Positions 50,801 through 64,000 of a stretch of 64,000 nucleotides of DNA are shown piece after piece. The stretch covers positions 124,001-188,000 of the forward strand of contig JBLDXI010000103.1 of the NCBI GenBank assembly GCA_047495785.1. Direction: 5' to 3'. A program made the position numbers and the translations under genes. Under the pieces are notes generated by a model, which was not told the origin of the DNA, made no database searches, and worked only from the letters and a program-made list of their open reading frames with translations. This DNA comes from Lepidodermella squamata (lineage: Eukaryota; Animalia; Gastrotricha). Position 1 is the stretch's first letter; the number at the start of each line of letters is the position of its first letter.

Positions 50801-53800
50801 TTCGAAACCTATAGTGAACGTTCAAAAGGTTCCCTTCTCACTTCGAGGCCAAGATTTACCAATTCAAGCATCCTTGAGGCGAAACTGTTCAACGACATTG
50901 AAAATCTCGCAAAACTGGACAATGGAATTTTCAGAAGACCAGGTTTCATGGGAAAATGTTACTACAACTCTCATCCCATCATCGCTGCGTAGCAATGTTT
51001 TCACCGATAAGGAAGGTATCAGCCAAATCAGAGACCTTTCACTGTACTTCGAAAAGGGCAAACTTCAAATCGGGTTCCATCGCTTTACTCTGGAAGTCGA
51101 TATGCCAGAAGAACCATTTTTCACCGAAAATATCCAGTTTGTCACGGAAATTCAACGGTCCTTAATCATGGCTCAGTTCAAGCCTAATGTGGCTTTTATA
51201 GACGTAGTATCTGGGGAAGGGAAAAGCCACATAATCGACTTCAAATCATCAATTTTCGACCCAGATTCTCCAGGACAGAATAATCTCAACATTTCGCTCT
51301 ACTGCAGGCGCGTTTGCGAAGGGCCCTGGCCTGAGTTTGAAGATTATGCTTCCGCATCGGCCTTTGTCAAAAATCCCCAGGCCTATTTCAAGCCGAAGAA
51401 ATGCGCCACGACGAGCGCTGTGGATTTCAAACTTAAAGCGGACCTACCAGGGTGTTTTATCTATGGTTGGCATGCTAATCAAGATGCGAAAACAGGATTA
51501 GTACCTGATACTGATCTATCTCCGTCTGTGAACCTACCAGCCCTTGTTCGATCTTTCACTGACCAGAATTCGCGAACTTACAATGTGACAGCCTATAAAT
51601 ATGATGGGAAATCGCTTAGTCTAAGCACTGAATTCATGTTCACGAATCAAAGCTACAACGTTTTAGCAGTGATTTTGGACGAAGCTACAGAACGATTCGC
51701 TGTCGTTAGCCAGTCGTTTGCCTTGAGTCCCGAAAAGCCTATCTCAGGCTTAGTAACGTAAGTTTGTCATTAAAAAATTCTTTTGACAGTTCTACGTCAT
51801 GCGTCATATAGAAACTTGGCCAACTGCGGGAGTAAATACAAACTGGGGTGTCTCGCTAATCCGAATGCGAGAATTTCATTCCGGCGAACTATTGAAAACC
51901 CAGTATCGGGACAAGTTTATTCTTACAACTGGTATTTCATTCCCATTCCCATCGACCGGTTTTCCGAGTTCGAAGACACCTTAACCACGGCTATGAACTC
52001 GCAAGCCGATCTCCTAGGTCTGGAAACTTTGCAAAACTGGTCTTCGCTAACATCTACAGGAAGATACGGGCCCGATGTTTCATTCAATGCAAATTCGTTT
52101 GGTGAAGAGACAAATGTTACGTTCTTCGCGCTGATTTCAGAGGTTAGTTTAGGGAGCAACTCGCGCCCTGGTAGATCAGCGGTCTTCGTGTACATCGACC
52201 AACCGCCGAATGTAACATCAGCCTCGTGCAACTACGAACCTGCCGATGGCATAGCACTAAAGACCTTATTTTCGAGTTATTGCCACGGATTTTCAGACTC
52301 GGACGATGCGGTTTTGAAGAAATTCATTTTCGCGGCATACAATTGCGAGAATTGCGATCCTATCTTCATTACACCGATAGCTCAAGTCTATCCTGAGTTG
52401 AAAATGGTCCAATTACCTGTTGGAGATCAGAACAACAACTACAGCGTTACAATACGAGTTTTCGCTTATGATTCTGTGGATGCGATGGCTTACGTCGATA
52501 TCACTGGTATCAGGGTTGAGCCACTACACGATTTGCTGTTTATTCAAAGCCAATTAAATCAGTTGACTATCATGGCTCCTAACTTGACTGCTGAGCTCCT
52601 TGTCAGCCAGCTGTTGCCTCTGATCGACGCCTTGAACTCTTTCTCAGTTACGGAACCTTATGAAGGAAATTGGACTATACTAAGTATTTCTAATTTCTAC
52701 CTCTTTCCTGAGATGATTATTACAATTTCTTTCTTAGATGACCCGAACAACCCTGAATATCAGTCTGAAGTGGATGAAGTCAATGCGGATTTCAGACGGT
52801 TCCAATATGAGATGAACTTCGTAACCAAGGTTGGATAGCTCGATTTAGTGTCTATTTGTCTCACAGTTGAATTTGATTAAGGCTCGGGAAGCTGCGATCG
52901 AGATGCTCCAAGAAGTCGACTCTTCAAAGCTGAACATTCAAGCGTTGAAATCGCTATTCTCCTTGACATCTCTGATCACTAATGTCCCGGAACAAATTAC
53001 GAGTATCAGCGCTCAGCTGTCTCTCATCAATGTCTTACAACCGGCAATAGTGAGGGTGTCGAACCTAACAAGTGATAGAAGTATCGACCCAAATGAGCTG
53101 GAAATGGTCTCCAGTGCTGGTGTTGCGGCTATGGGAATGCTGTACGAAGCTATCGAGAAAATGGCGACGTATTCAATGCCATCGAATCCTCTCGGCAACC
53201 TGTATACCACTACAACTCTTGTTCCTACAACTAGTGACGATTTCTTCACGGATCCCCCGACGACTCAGTCACCTGCTCTGTCCCGATTGATCAGCTCAAT
53301 GTTGAAGTTGAGGGATCAGGCGATGAATTTGGTTCTGAGTAACAAGGGGGTTAGTGAAAAGCGGACAGTGATTGGCGGTGAGACTTCGAAAATGTCTCTA
53401 TCAGCTGATTATATTCGAAATTTGGATGAAGGTTGGTTTAATCCGGCCCTTTTAATCACGAATTGTCATTTCATGTTTTTCTAGTTGAGATTCTGGTTGG
53501 TGACGATGACGATTGCGGAAGGTTCAAACTAGGCAACAAAACCGAAATATTCGGGCCATCATTCGGGTCCATGAGCAATAGTGCATTCGATGATGTCAAA
53601 ATACGGATCAAAGCCTCAATGGATTCTGGAAATATGTATTCCACAGTTCAGAAGAGCCCTACCCAAATCAACTCCCTGATTCAATCTCTTTCTTTGACCG
53701 ATGAGAATGGCAAGGAGATTGTAGTGAAAAATCTCAAACAACCAATTGAAGTTGTGATCGAATCGAAAAACAGCAGAACCCCAAACAAGATTCTTACTGG

Positions 53801-56800
53801 AGCCTTGAGTTATGCGACCTCGAGAACGATGAAGTTTATCAACCTCCCTGTTGTCGAAAACGCAGCTGTTTTCGTGTCTATTGATCAAATTTTCGATATC
53901 AGAACCTCTGAATTCGCTTCTAACACGTCCTGTAATCTAAATAAGCCAAATTGTTCCGATCCTTACTCGAACTTAACATTGTCAATTGGGAATCGAAATC
54001 TGACTGTTCATGAGCTGAATGGAACGAGCGAAGAGGTTGTTTTCTTCGTTTTCGTCAATCGAGATGGAATTTTCCCGCGGGAAGGGGTGGATGGAGCGAA
54101 TTTGGGCTGTATGTTGCCCCAGACCTTGATTCAAGAGCAAATCGAATCCATTAAAAAACCTCAAACAACTCTGAAGATTCCGATGAATACAACAGCTGGG
54201 AATATCACTACAACCTCATCCCCAACTACTACAGTAACGCCCGTCACCAACTCGAAGTTCACGCAATCTGGCTCCAAAAAGGTGTGCAAAAATAACCCAA
54301 CTTTACCGAGAAATTCCTGCTTCTTCAAAGATACTGATCTCTTGCTCAGGTTTGAACTCAAATGATTTGATCGATTTTACTCACATTATTATTCACTTTC
54401 TAGGAATAACTCGGCTAAACTCTTTGTGGGAATCAGAGCTCTGCCCATCCGGATGATAAGGCAGCTCATAACAGACCTATACAACGAGTATGGGTCAAAC
54501 TTCAATGCTTCGACTGTGATAAATCGAGCTATGACCCGATACCTCAATCAAACAGTTTCAGCCCTTATCAGCTACGAAAGTTACTCAGCTAGTTGCGTTT
54601 TCTGGGATCCTAGTCTTAGCGATTGGTCTTACGAGGGCTGCTATGTTGGCCAGTCTACAACAGCTGGTGGCAATCCTAGCCTTACCCAGTGTTTCTGCAA
54701 CCATCTCACGGCTTTCGGATCTAATTTCGACATCCCTATGAACACTTTCAACCCTGGAGATTCGGCATTCACTAAATTAGATCAAAACCCTGTCTGTTTC
54801 GCATTTGGTATCTGTATAATTTGCGTTTATATCACCCTTGTTATCTGGGCGAGGCGGAAAGATAGGGAAGATGAGGCGAAATGGGGGTCGTTACCTTTGA
54901 TTGATAACAAAGATAAGGATCGCTATACCTACGAGATAACAGTCTGGACTGGGCAGAGAAGAGGGGCTGGAACCACAGCCCGGGTTTCATTCATTTTGTC
55001 TGGGGAGGATAGCGAGACTGGCCCTAGAATGTTGGACGACGTGGATAGGCCAATACTGAAGCGGGGTAACGTGGATTCCTTCATAATGACTGTTCCTAAG
55101 TCATTAGGAAAGCTGACCCAACTCAGAATCTGGCATGATAACTCGGGGAAGGATCCGGCTTGGTATTTCGCTCGGATGATGGTTTATGACATTCAGCGGA
55201 ATCAGCAATTCTTCTTTGTTTGCGATCGATGGTTGGCGGTTGAGGAGGATGATGGAATGGTTGAGCGGGTCCTACCACCAGCGAGTCGGAAGCAACTAGC
55301 TACCTTTGAGCATCTTTTCTTCGTGAAGTCTCAGAGAAAGCTCACAGATGGCCACATGTGGATTTCCGTGTTCAGCCGACCCCCTAGATCAGCATTCACT
55401 CGAACTCAACGAATTACTTGTTGCTTATCTGTAAGATTCTTATTTTTCTGTTTCTAACTATTCATCCGTATTTTCAGATCTTGTATTGTACAATGTTGGC
55501 TAACATCATGTTCTTCGGAATTTCTCGTGATGGTCCAGGCTCTGTTCAACTCAAGTTAGGTCCTTTATCCATGAGTACTGACAAGATCAAAATCAGCATA
55601 ATTTCCTCGCTAATCGTTTTGCCTGTTAATCTTGTCATCGCTCAATTATTCCGGAAGAGTAGACGCCGCCTAACCGAGAGCGAGAAAGCTGTGAAAAAGC
55701 TAGTTGACGAAGCTAAGGCCAAGAAAACTCTCATAAGGAAAACCCCTTCGAATGAAAGCGCTATAATCCTCGTTGATGAGCCTAATGAACGGAGGAAACC
55801 CAAGAAAGGGAAGGCTAAGGAAAAGAAAGTTCCATTCACCCTACCTTGGCAATGCACGATCCTCGCTTACATACTGTCGTTTGTAACTGTTGGAGTTGCG
55901 TTTTGGGCTGTAGTCGAGTATGGCGGAGCTCTAGGCCCGGAAAAGGCCACTGAATGGCTAGCAGCTATGTGCCTCTCTCTAGTTACCGATATCTTACTAC
56001 TCCAACCGCTGAAAATCGTGGGTTTAGCAGTTTTCTACGCTTTGGTAATTAAAAACCCGACCAAGGATGAAGATGTAGAGGAACACATGATTCTTAGAAG
56101 TGACGAGAGTTACCTGCGGCCCCCGAAAAAAACTGAGTACGAACTAGCTCAGATTGAGAAACAGCGTCTTGAAGTTGAGAAAAAACGACTTCATTACGTA
56201 TATCTACCACCAGACCCTGACGAACTACGCCTAGCTCGAGATATCCGACTAAAGGAGCTAGCAATGTGGAGAGTTATCAAAGAAATTGCGTCCTATGTAA
56301 TTTTCCTCTATATGATCATGTTCGTGGCTTATAATAATGTGGATTCGTGGGGCTGGCAGTTCCAAACTTCGACTCGTTTGATGTTCTTCGAGGGAAAAAT
56401 CGGCGATTTAGCTGCTCCGCCTATCGATGCTTCATCATCGGGCGGGGGTAAGAGTGCGAAACATGCCCAGGCTGAAGATGCTGCTGGAAGGTCGGGTGAG
56501 GGGGCGATTTGGCAGATATCGTCCTATGACGGGTTTTGGTACTACGTCAACCATACAGTCCTACCCACTTTGTTAGACTCGTCTTGGTACAATGGCGATC
56601 CTGATGACCAAAGAGGTTCTTACACCAAAGATAAGGCCATCTATCTAACAGGGACGATTCGACTACGTCAACTGAGGGTCAAAAGTGACTCGTGCAGGGT
56701 TCAGAAGCATTTCAGGAAGACTAGCCCGCCATGCTCTCCGGAGTATTCGATTCTGAATCAGGAGACTCGAAATTTCACTGTAGGATGGGGGCAGGAGGCT

Positions 56801-58168
56801 TTTCTCAATAAAAATGGGACCATGGATTATGACATCTCACAATACCCAGGCTGGACCTATGCCAATACTCTGAAATCAGGGAGCAGCCCGAGTTACGGCT
56901 CAATGGCTCTTTATGACGGGGGTGGGTATATGGTCGATATTCCGAAGAGTCTCGAAACTGGGCGGAACTTCTTAACCCAACTCTACGAAAACAAATGGCT
57001 TGATGAGAAAACCCGGGCTGTTTTCATCGAATTCAACCTGTATAGTCCATCTCGCAGCCTTTTCGGAGTTTCTCAAACTATTCTCGAATTCCCATCCACC
57101 GGTGGTTGTTTGATCTACCCCTACATCTACACCCTCAAATTCCAGGCTTATAGTTCAAGCGGCGAGATTGTTGTCCTCGCGCTGCAGTTGGTAACATTGG
57201 CCGTGGTTTTCTTCCTATTTTTCCGAGAATGCCACAAAGCTAGAAAAGCTGGGCGTAAATATTGGACATCTTGGTGGTCGGTTTACGACTTTGCCCACCT
57301 AGCCTCATGCATATTGTGGGCCGGAATGTTTGCGGCTCGATTTTTCGTTTTCCAAATGTTTGCAGGCCGTTTTAAGAAACGGGCCTATACCTACACTAAT
57401 TTGGACCTTGTCGTACTCTATGATTCTGTAGTATCAGGGTTCGCAGCTTTCATAGTCGCGCTAGGCACGTTGAGGTTCATCCGACTTCTGAGGTTCGATC
57501 GAAGCATTATGCTGATGATGAAGACTCTTTCGAACTCGAGTAAGGTTCTCGCTAGTTTCTCCCTTGTTTTCGTTATTGTTTTCCTCGCGTTCACCCAACT
57601 CGGGTTCTTCACGTTTGGTAGCCATATCAAAGCATATTCGACTTTCCTAACGGCACTTGAGACACTTTTCGCGATGCAGCTCGGTGTTTTTGATTACATA
57701 ACGTTGAGACAAAGTTTCCCACTTGCTGGCCCGGTCTTTTTCACGCTTTATTCGTTGATTGTTTCGATAATTTTGACAAATTTCCTCATCGCTTTTATTG
57801 TGTATGCGTACCAAGAGGCGTGCTGTGATGAGCAGTTGTCACAGCAAGAACAGGCCGTTTTGATTTTCATGCTGGACAAATTCAAAAAATTCATTGGTAT
57901 CACCCAGAAACAGCCGCCTTCACTTGGAATCGATCGAAAATTCTTCTATTTCGAAAAAGGTAGTTTTAGCCATTTCTTAGAGTGGATTAAGCAATTTAAT
58001 TCCATTATAGCTGTTCGTGAATCCCATTTGGAGACATTTACCAAGCAAATGGACGAATTGTTGAAACGGCTTGATACTCATATTGAGAAGACCAAAACGC
58101 AGCATCACAGAATGTTCGATAAGAAAGTCATGGACAGGCAAAGCAATCATGTTTATACAACTGACTGA
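35827..58168 (+). CDS. Giant polycystin-1 / PKD1-like (REJ-GPS-PLAT-channel) protein, many exons; first (signal-peptide) exon not located
   Basis: In order: C-type lectin (GYCPAGW..CF..W..A...C), several LamG-like units (WPL...TGP), WSC (YIGCY..MT..KC..FC), more C-lectins, F5/8C, PKD-like repeats, REJ, GPS CVFWD..WSYEGC..CFCNHLTAFG, TM, PLAT (YEITVWTG..AGTT), FTRTQR, polycystin channel domain (RLRQLRV, YDGGGY, WLDEKTRAVFIEF), C-terminal coiled-coil-like tail. That all segments form one gene is inferred from short GT-AG gaps. Confidence 0.85.
37681..37984. mobile_element. Older hAT-like MITE hosting a nested insertion
   Basis: Left end CAGCGGTCCGAGT and right end ATTCGGACCACTG are imperfect inverted repeats. 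Flanking 8-mers GCATTATC / ACATAATG match at only 5 of 8 positions. Confidence 0.5.
37803..37971. mobile_element. hAT-type MITE, 169 bp, intronic
   Basis: Perfect 14-bp TIRs CAGTGCGCGAAGTA / TACTTCGCGCACTG and a perfect 8-bp target duplication ATTCGGAC (37795-37802 and 37972-37979). Confidence 0.9.
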
Positions 58169-58484
58169 AAAATCCTGATTTTTCTCCACTTATTCTAAGT
58201 AGAAAGCTTTATCTAATCATTACTCCCAATCTGAAACTAATGACGAAATGAAATTGTATACCATCGACTTCGGGTTCTGTTCATGCGATAAAGGTAGAGA
58301 TGAGGGAAATGAAAGATGAAAGAATACAAAATGTTGATATTGACTTTTTAAGCTTCGAGCTTAAGCCACCGTCCACAGTCCACACGAGCAGGTCACGCGT
58401 TTAACCACATTATTACCGCTAATCCACCATTAAACTCGCCATACAAAGGCATGCGTGCTACAGAGTCCAGACCCGCCACTAACC

Positions 58485-60386
58485 ATGATTTTCACTCTGC
58501 CTCTTGCCATTTTCTCGGTCATTGTTACCGCGTCCGCTTTAGATTTGAACCAATGTGGCGCTTCTTTTTCACCTAATGACCATCCATGGACAGCTAAACT
58601 GAACTTTTACGATAAATCTGCTTCGGTGATCCAACAATGCGGCGGTGTGTTGATCGATCAAAAATGGGTCCTAACAGCCGGCCATTGCTTAAAATCCGAA
58701 AATATCTCTCAAATTGATATCAGCCTGGGGCGGCCTAACTACGCCATAGAAACTTTGAATGAGGTCAAACGAACCTCAACCGAATTCTACGTCCATCCCG
58801 ACTATTCAGAAGGCCCCGATGGCTTTTACGACTTCGACTACGCCTTGGTTGCTTTGGATGCCGCGGTCCAGTTCAACTCAGCTGTTCAGCCAATCTGCCT
58901 CCCGAACTCTGATGAATGTGACCAGGAAATCGAGGAGTGTCAAACGGCTTCGAGCGTATCATGGCGCGTTTCTCCCGATACTTATTTCAACTTGCTAAAA
59001 TCGTCGAATCTTCGCTTAAATGCGCCTCAGATGTGCGAGAGAATGTTAGGCGGCTTGACTGACAATCAGATGTGTGCATCCGCGATTGAGCGGATCAAAG
59101 ATACCTGTAATGGAGATCGTGGAGGGGGCCCTTTAGTGTGCCGGAGTTCAGTGGATAGTAAAGCGAAGCTCATAGGTATTTCGTCCAATAATGACGACTG
59201 TCCTACAATGGGAAAACCGGAACTTTTTGCGAGAATCTGCAGCGCTATGGATTGGATCAGTTCAAGAAATACTGGTTCCTTAGCAGGTAGAAGCCAATAA
59301 TCAATGTTAAACTTATTTAATTTTTGATAAATTATTAATAATTTATTAATTAATTGATAATTATCAATCAAATTTTGATTGCTTCAGGTCTTTTTTCAAT
59401 GCCCAACTTAGGAACCTGCGCAGTGCCTTTCGATGAAGTTGGAACGTTCCGTTTCATGTCGAACGATAGCGATAGGTTCGACTCGATCGAATCAGGGAAA
59501 CGCCTACCTGTCAATACCACTCTGTCACTGAGATGCTTCAGCCAGCAAAGCAAATCTGAGAGCTTTTCAATTTGCAGACAAAATGGCAAATGGGACCCGG
59601 CAATTCCACCTTGCCTGAAGGTAGATTTTTGAATTACTGAAATTTCCGATATAATCCGGTTTAATTTTTACCCAGCAACAAATTGGTTTCCAATTGAGCT
59701 TTGCGGCGTTAACAGGAGATGCGGACAGGCTGCAACGATTGGTGACTCAATACAAAACATTTCAAGTTAACAATCGCGATGAATTCGCCACGAAAGTTTG
59801 CAAGATCGATGGCAAGAACGTGACACTACTATTCCGAGCCCTTCAATGCAATAGGAATGAAACGACAGTCATCTCCACCATCAAAGTCCTTTTGGCAAGT
59901 GGAGCAGATGTTAATCGATTGAACTATTTCGTGGATGTGGGCTCGAATCGATCGCTTGATCTTCCGGCGTTGCATTCCGCGCTGTATCTGAACCAAGGTT
60001 TGGCGGTTATCAAATTGTTGGTTGAAAATCGAGGCGATGCCGTTGGTAGGCAGGGAAGTGGTGAGAGGACTGCTTTGATGTTTGCGACTCAAAACTCAAC
60101 TATCGAAGTGATGACCTATCTATTGAAGTCTGGCGCAAATTCGACGTTGAATGCGCGGGATAAAGCTGGGTCGACTGCTCTGAAAATTGCGGTGGATGTT
60201 GAAGATGCGGATAAGGTGAGGTTTTTGCTGCAGAATGGTGCTGCGACTTCGATTGATGAGAACAACAAGTCCGGCTGGTCGGCTTTGATGGCAGCTGTTC
60301 GTGTATCGAGCGATGCGGAGTTGGTTGAGCTTGTTCGGAAGCTCATCATGATAGGTCGCATTCGAAATGGCCTATCGGCGACTTGA
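58485..60386 (+). CDS. Signal peptide + inactive trypsin-like domain + CCP/sushi + ankyrin repeats; exons 58485-59286, 59388-59620, 59676-60386 (3' end uncertain)
   Basis: CGGVLI..WVLTAGHC and DYAL are present but GDSGG is replaced by GDRGGG. Four-Cys sushi pattern (C..P...C...C..NGKW...PPC). Ankyrin motifs ALHSAL, TALMFA, TALKIA, SALMAA. Both introns are GT-AG and phase-compatible. Confidence 0.72.
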
Positions 60387-60763
60387 GAGTGATCGTCAAT
60401 TGGATATCGCAAAGATTGATTACATGAAGAGCTGTCCGTTAATAAATGTGAAAGATGGGGTAGATAGAATTGTGGTGAAATAGAACCTTTTGAAGCCCTC
60501 TCGTAATCTTCGCCTATTATAGCATACATACGACCTTTTTGCAGTGTTTCCTCGGCGCGATTTTGGACCCCGTGACCCTGAGTTATCAAAAGTCTGTTTG
60601 AAAGAAATCAAATATTGGAAAACCCCAACTTCGAAGATAATAGACCCCAGAAAACAAAGTTAATTTGTTGGTGTTTTTTATTTCTGAAGACCAACAGCAG
60701 CCTCATTCCTCATCCACTAAGCCCGGTAGCAAAGCTCTGCCTGTGAAGTTCAAGCTCTTTGAA

Positions 60764-61096
60764 TCAAATTTGTGATTTGATGGAACGCAGACAGATATTG
60801 CGGCAGTGTGCGAACGATCGGAATGACATGCCGCGGACTTCCTTGACGCGGCATGCGCTGTACTCAAGGACACATTCCTGGCGTTTAGCGTCGAATACGA
60901 TGAAGTAAGGAAAGTCGCCGCCGATCTCGCAATATAGATAAGTCGGCTCGTAGAGGCACCGCTCATCGCCACCGTTGTAAAGCCTGTCGTCAATTGGCAG
61001 GTCGGCCGGCAGCGGATCGTCTTTGATCAGCTTGACATCGTAGCAGCTTGCGATCGTAACCAGAATCGCTAGAGTTAGGAAACGGGCTGAAATCAT
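60764..61096 (-). CDS. Small secreted divergent Kunitz/BPTI-like protein, 110 aa
   Basis: Signal peptide MISARFLTLAILVTIASC; six Cys in the mature domain with FD....C..Y..C and F.S..HC..IC, which is Kunitz-like spacing. Confidence 0.65.
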   Translation of the reverse strand: MISARFLTLAILVTIASCYDVKLIKDDPLPADLPIDDRLYNGGDERCLYEPTYLYCEIGGDFPYFIVFDAKRQECVLEYSACRVKEVRGMSFRSFAHCRNICLRSIKSQI

Positions 61097-62120
61097 GATT
61101 TTAGGCTCGGAAAACAGCAAATAATTAACTGAATCAAAATGCTAAGAATGCAAGTTATGTTCGGCTGATATAATCAGATGAAGTAGCGTCTAATATATTC
61201 AGATACGTGAGAAGAATCTTGAGACGACACGTTTCCAAGTTTTCAAATACTCGCAACTGGTGCATGTCGAGCCATTTTGAATATACACTCAAATCGCCCC
61301 GCATTCCAGCCTATGTTTAGCCTAGTATCGCCTACGTGAGAAAAATCATGTGACGATGTTTCCAAATTTGCAAGTACTTGTTAACTGGCGCGTGACTAGT
61401 TTTCATCCAAATTTTCGAAAAAATAACTTTAGGGCTGAAAATTGCAGTTTAGGTTTATCTATAGGTACTGAATATTGAATATGAAAATGAATCTTTCATG
61501 GCGTCTGAACTGCGGATAGCTGATTTTTATACCATGGCTTAGCTGCCCCAATTGCATCAGCCTATTTCTAGGCAAACTCGGCATGAAAAGGGGAGAGATT
61601 TCTTGAAATTATTTCTTTCTACTATTTACAATTTACACACAAACATAGGCATGATTTTTCATAGTTTTCTGAGTTTTCAAACTGCGGGAAGAAAATTGCG
61701 AGCTTTGTGGCTAGCAGTTTGCGATCGAATCAGCCGACAAAGGTCCGCGTGAGCGTTGGCTAATAAACCAAAGCCAGCTAAAAAAGGCCTACTGGCGAAA
61801 ATTGCTAATAATTCGGGTTCATTATCCTATCCAAAATGTAGGATATTTGTTACTAATAAACCTAATTTCCTGGTGATATTTTCACCCCTCACATCGGCAT
61901 GGACAGCAATGCCCGTTGATCTGCGACATCGCACCCCTTGGTTCTCACCATATATGCTTGTGAAATTGGCCAACAGAAAGGGGGCGGTTTAGTATTAGTT
62001 TATTAGTTGAATTTTTAATGACATCGGAAATTTCCGGAATTCATTACATGCGACACATTCCCAGGTTATAGTCATCAATCCCTCCACTATTTTCTATTCA
62101 TACAATCCGTGCCTGCCGAA

Positions 62121-63556
62121 TTAGCTGTTCATCACTTGTCTGATCCATGCGATCAAGTTATCGGTCACACGGGCGCCAACAGAAAGCTTCTTCTCTCCAC
62201 ATGCTCCATCGCCGAAGCTCGTCAATCCGACGAGTGTCCAGCGCCTACCTGCTCCATTTATTGGCTTATCAATAGTAGCCCATGGGCCTCCAGAATCCCC
62301 TTTGCAAGTGCTGCGGTGCTGGGAAGCATCTTCGCATATCATCTAGGAAAATATGAAGGAAATACTCCATGATTTTCATGTCAATCAAAAACTCACTGTT
62401 CGATCGTCAACGCTGCTTCTGACCTGCTTGCATTTCTATAAATGTTCAAAACAGAGCCTAAGTTTTGATGATCATGCCACCATAATCCATAATATGAGAT
62501 ACGAAACGCGATTTTTAGATATTTGTGAGCTACGTCGATTACTCTTGGATCTAGGGATATCCCTTGCAACAAGGCGAAGCGTGGTGAAATGCTACTACTG
62601 AAAAACTAACTAAAGTAGGCATAAAATGCAAAGCGCGGTAATCGGAAATGCTCTAGTCATAATCACCGTCGTAAAACAACCTTCATCGGCATAATCGGAA
62701 CTGTTAGCTGCTGCAATCTAGGGCTTATGCTATTGTACCCGGTTCGGCCAAAGCCAGTCAACGTGATAGATGTATCGTAGTCGTAGTATGGTGTTCTTTC
62801 TTTAAACAGGCAAATCGGCGAATAATATTCGGTGAATTCATCCAGTGGAGCTGATAAAGGCGATATTCAGCAAATGGAGAAAACAATAAAAATATTCAAT
62901 TGTCCGCTTACCAATGCGAGCAAGTGCGTAGTCGTTGCTATGAGAGATACGTGGGTTGTACTCGGGGTGCTTGAAAAGCTTAATTGCTCTAATAGGCTTA
63001 AGAGTGGAGCCATCGCCGGACACAATCTTGTCATTGTACTTAAACTGAGCACCAAGATAAACTTCCAATTTCAAGACAGGCGATACTAAGCAGTGTGCCG
63101 CTGTCAAGATCCATTCTCGATCAATCAAAACACCGCCACATGAGTAAGTACCATCGCTAGTTTCCGTGCTGATAGCATCGAGGAGTAACAGCTATCAAGA
63201 AGTGGTTTTATTCCAACTTACAATAGTAGCGTTTGGTAAGGAAAGTCGGCAACATTGGCATCAGATCCACCGTTGATGTCTATCCGGTTTTCTCGCGTGG
63301 CTTTCCCGTAGCCACAGTAACGAGGGGAAAAGGCGTCCAGCCATTCACCCGGCCGCCGCGGTTCGATCGGCGCTGGTCCAGAAACTGTTTTTAGCAATCT
63401 TTCTGCCATCTCCAGCAGCTTAGCAATGCTTTCGATTTTCCCCGAATCTGACACGTTTCTCCGCGTGAACCGATCATCAGGATATCTGGGTGGCTTATGC
63501 CAACAACCAGCTAGATGTGGAGTAATTAAAAAAGCAGCAAAAATTAAAAGCATCAT
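62121..63556 (-). CDS. Secreted S1 (trypsin-fold) serine protease, multi-exon, catalytic triad intact
   Basis: Signal peptide, propeptide with CG, INGG N-terminus, FPYQ, CGGVLI..WILTAAHC, NDYAL, PICL, TGFG, STCKGDSGGP, GLTSFG. Confidence 0.88.
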
Positions 63557-64000
63557 AATTTTTCGAAATTTATATTAATAAGTATTAGAAATGCTGAAAG
63601 TTATATTCTGTACAAGCTTTATATAAGCCGATAAGTATTCCCTATTCAGTGAACCAGACTCGTCTCTACGTACCTGGAATAAATTGCGTGGGATTCAACT
63701 TTCGGATTAACTGGAAGAATAAGCGAGTCTGCAATATGGATCGAATTTTTAATGGGCATGTTAGAAAGGTCTCGTTGATGTGAATCACCTCCGCGGAAAA
63801 GGCAGCCTCGCGTGACTCAGATGTGTCCCAAGACTTGCCAAAATATGCAATGATCCGGAGTGACCGCTTGGCACCAAAATCTTAGCACTCAATGAATGTT
63901 GAGTGGATCTCATCCTCCGCAATGCGCATCAATACCAGAGCAATGCCAGAGCAATCACAATGAATACATGTTTCTAGCGCTTTTTCATGATTGACGAAGT

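Noticed and set aside
35827-58168. Series of separate or frameshifted ORFs suggesting an operon or pseudogene
   Set aside because: The breaks I checked coincide with short GT-AG introns, and the domain order matches one polycystin-1-like protein.
1-64000. tRNA, rRNA or other structured RNA genes
   Set aside because: None recognised by eye. tRNAscan-SE and Infernal/Rfam would be needed to exclude them.

Overview
Eukaryotic (animal, invertebrate-like) genomic DNA with an AT-rich background, dense genes and many 45-60 nt GT-AG introns. The ORF track therefore fragments most genes, and its GTG/TTG 'starts' are not real. From left to right the window holds: a 5'-truncated ankyrin-repeat gene; a multi-exon non-alpha nAChR-like subunit; a cluster of five genes for a secreted chitin-binding (peritrophin-A/ChtBD2) + LamG protein; and, interleaved with those, three very divergent Cys-loop receptors, a GABA-B-like class C GPCR and a small secreted protein resembling a stand-alone FTP+PepSY metalloprotease propeptide. 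Then come an SLC10 transporter, a MULE-like element, a ~22 kb polycystin-1-like gene carrying nested hAT-type MITEs, and a protease cluster (pseudo-trypsin-CCP-ankyrin fusion, Kunitz-like protein, active S1 protease). The most striking structure is the chitin-binding gene array. Four copies in alternating orientation share an apparently identical, extremely GC3-rich core. Their leaders, intron alleles and tails are assorted in mutually incompatible combinations, which suggests ongoing gene conversion or inversion between inverted repeats. All domain calls are by eye from motifs; no database searches were run.
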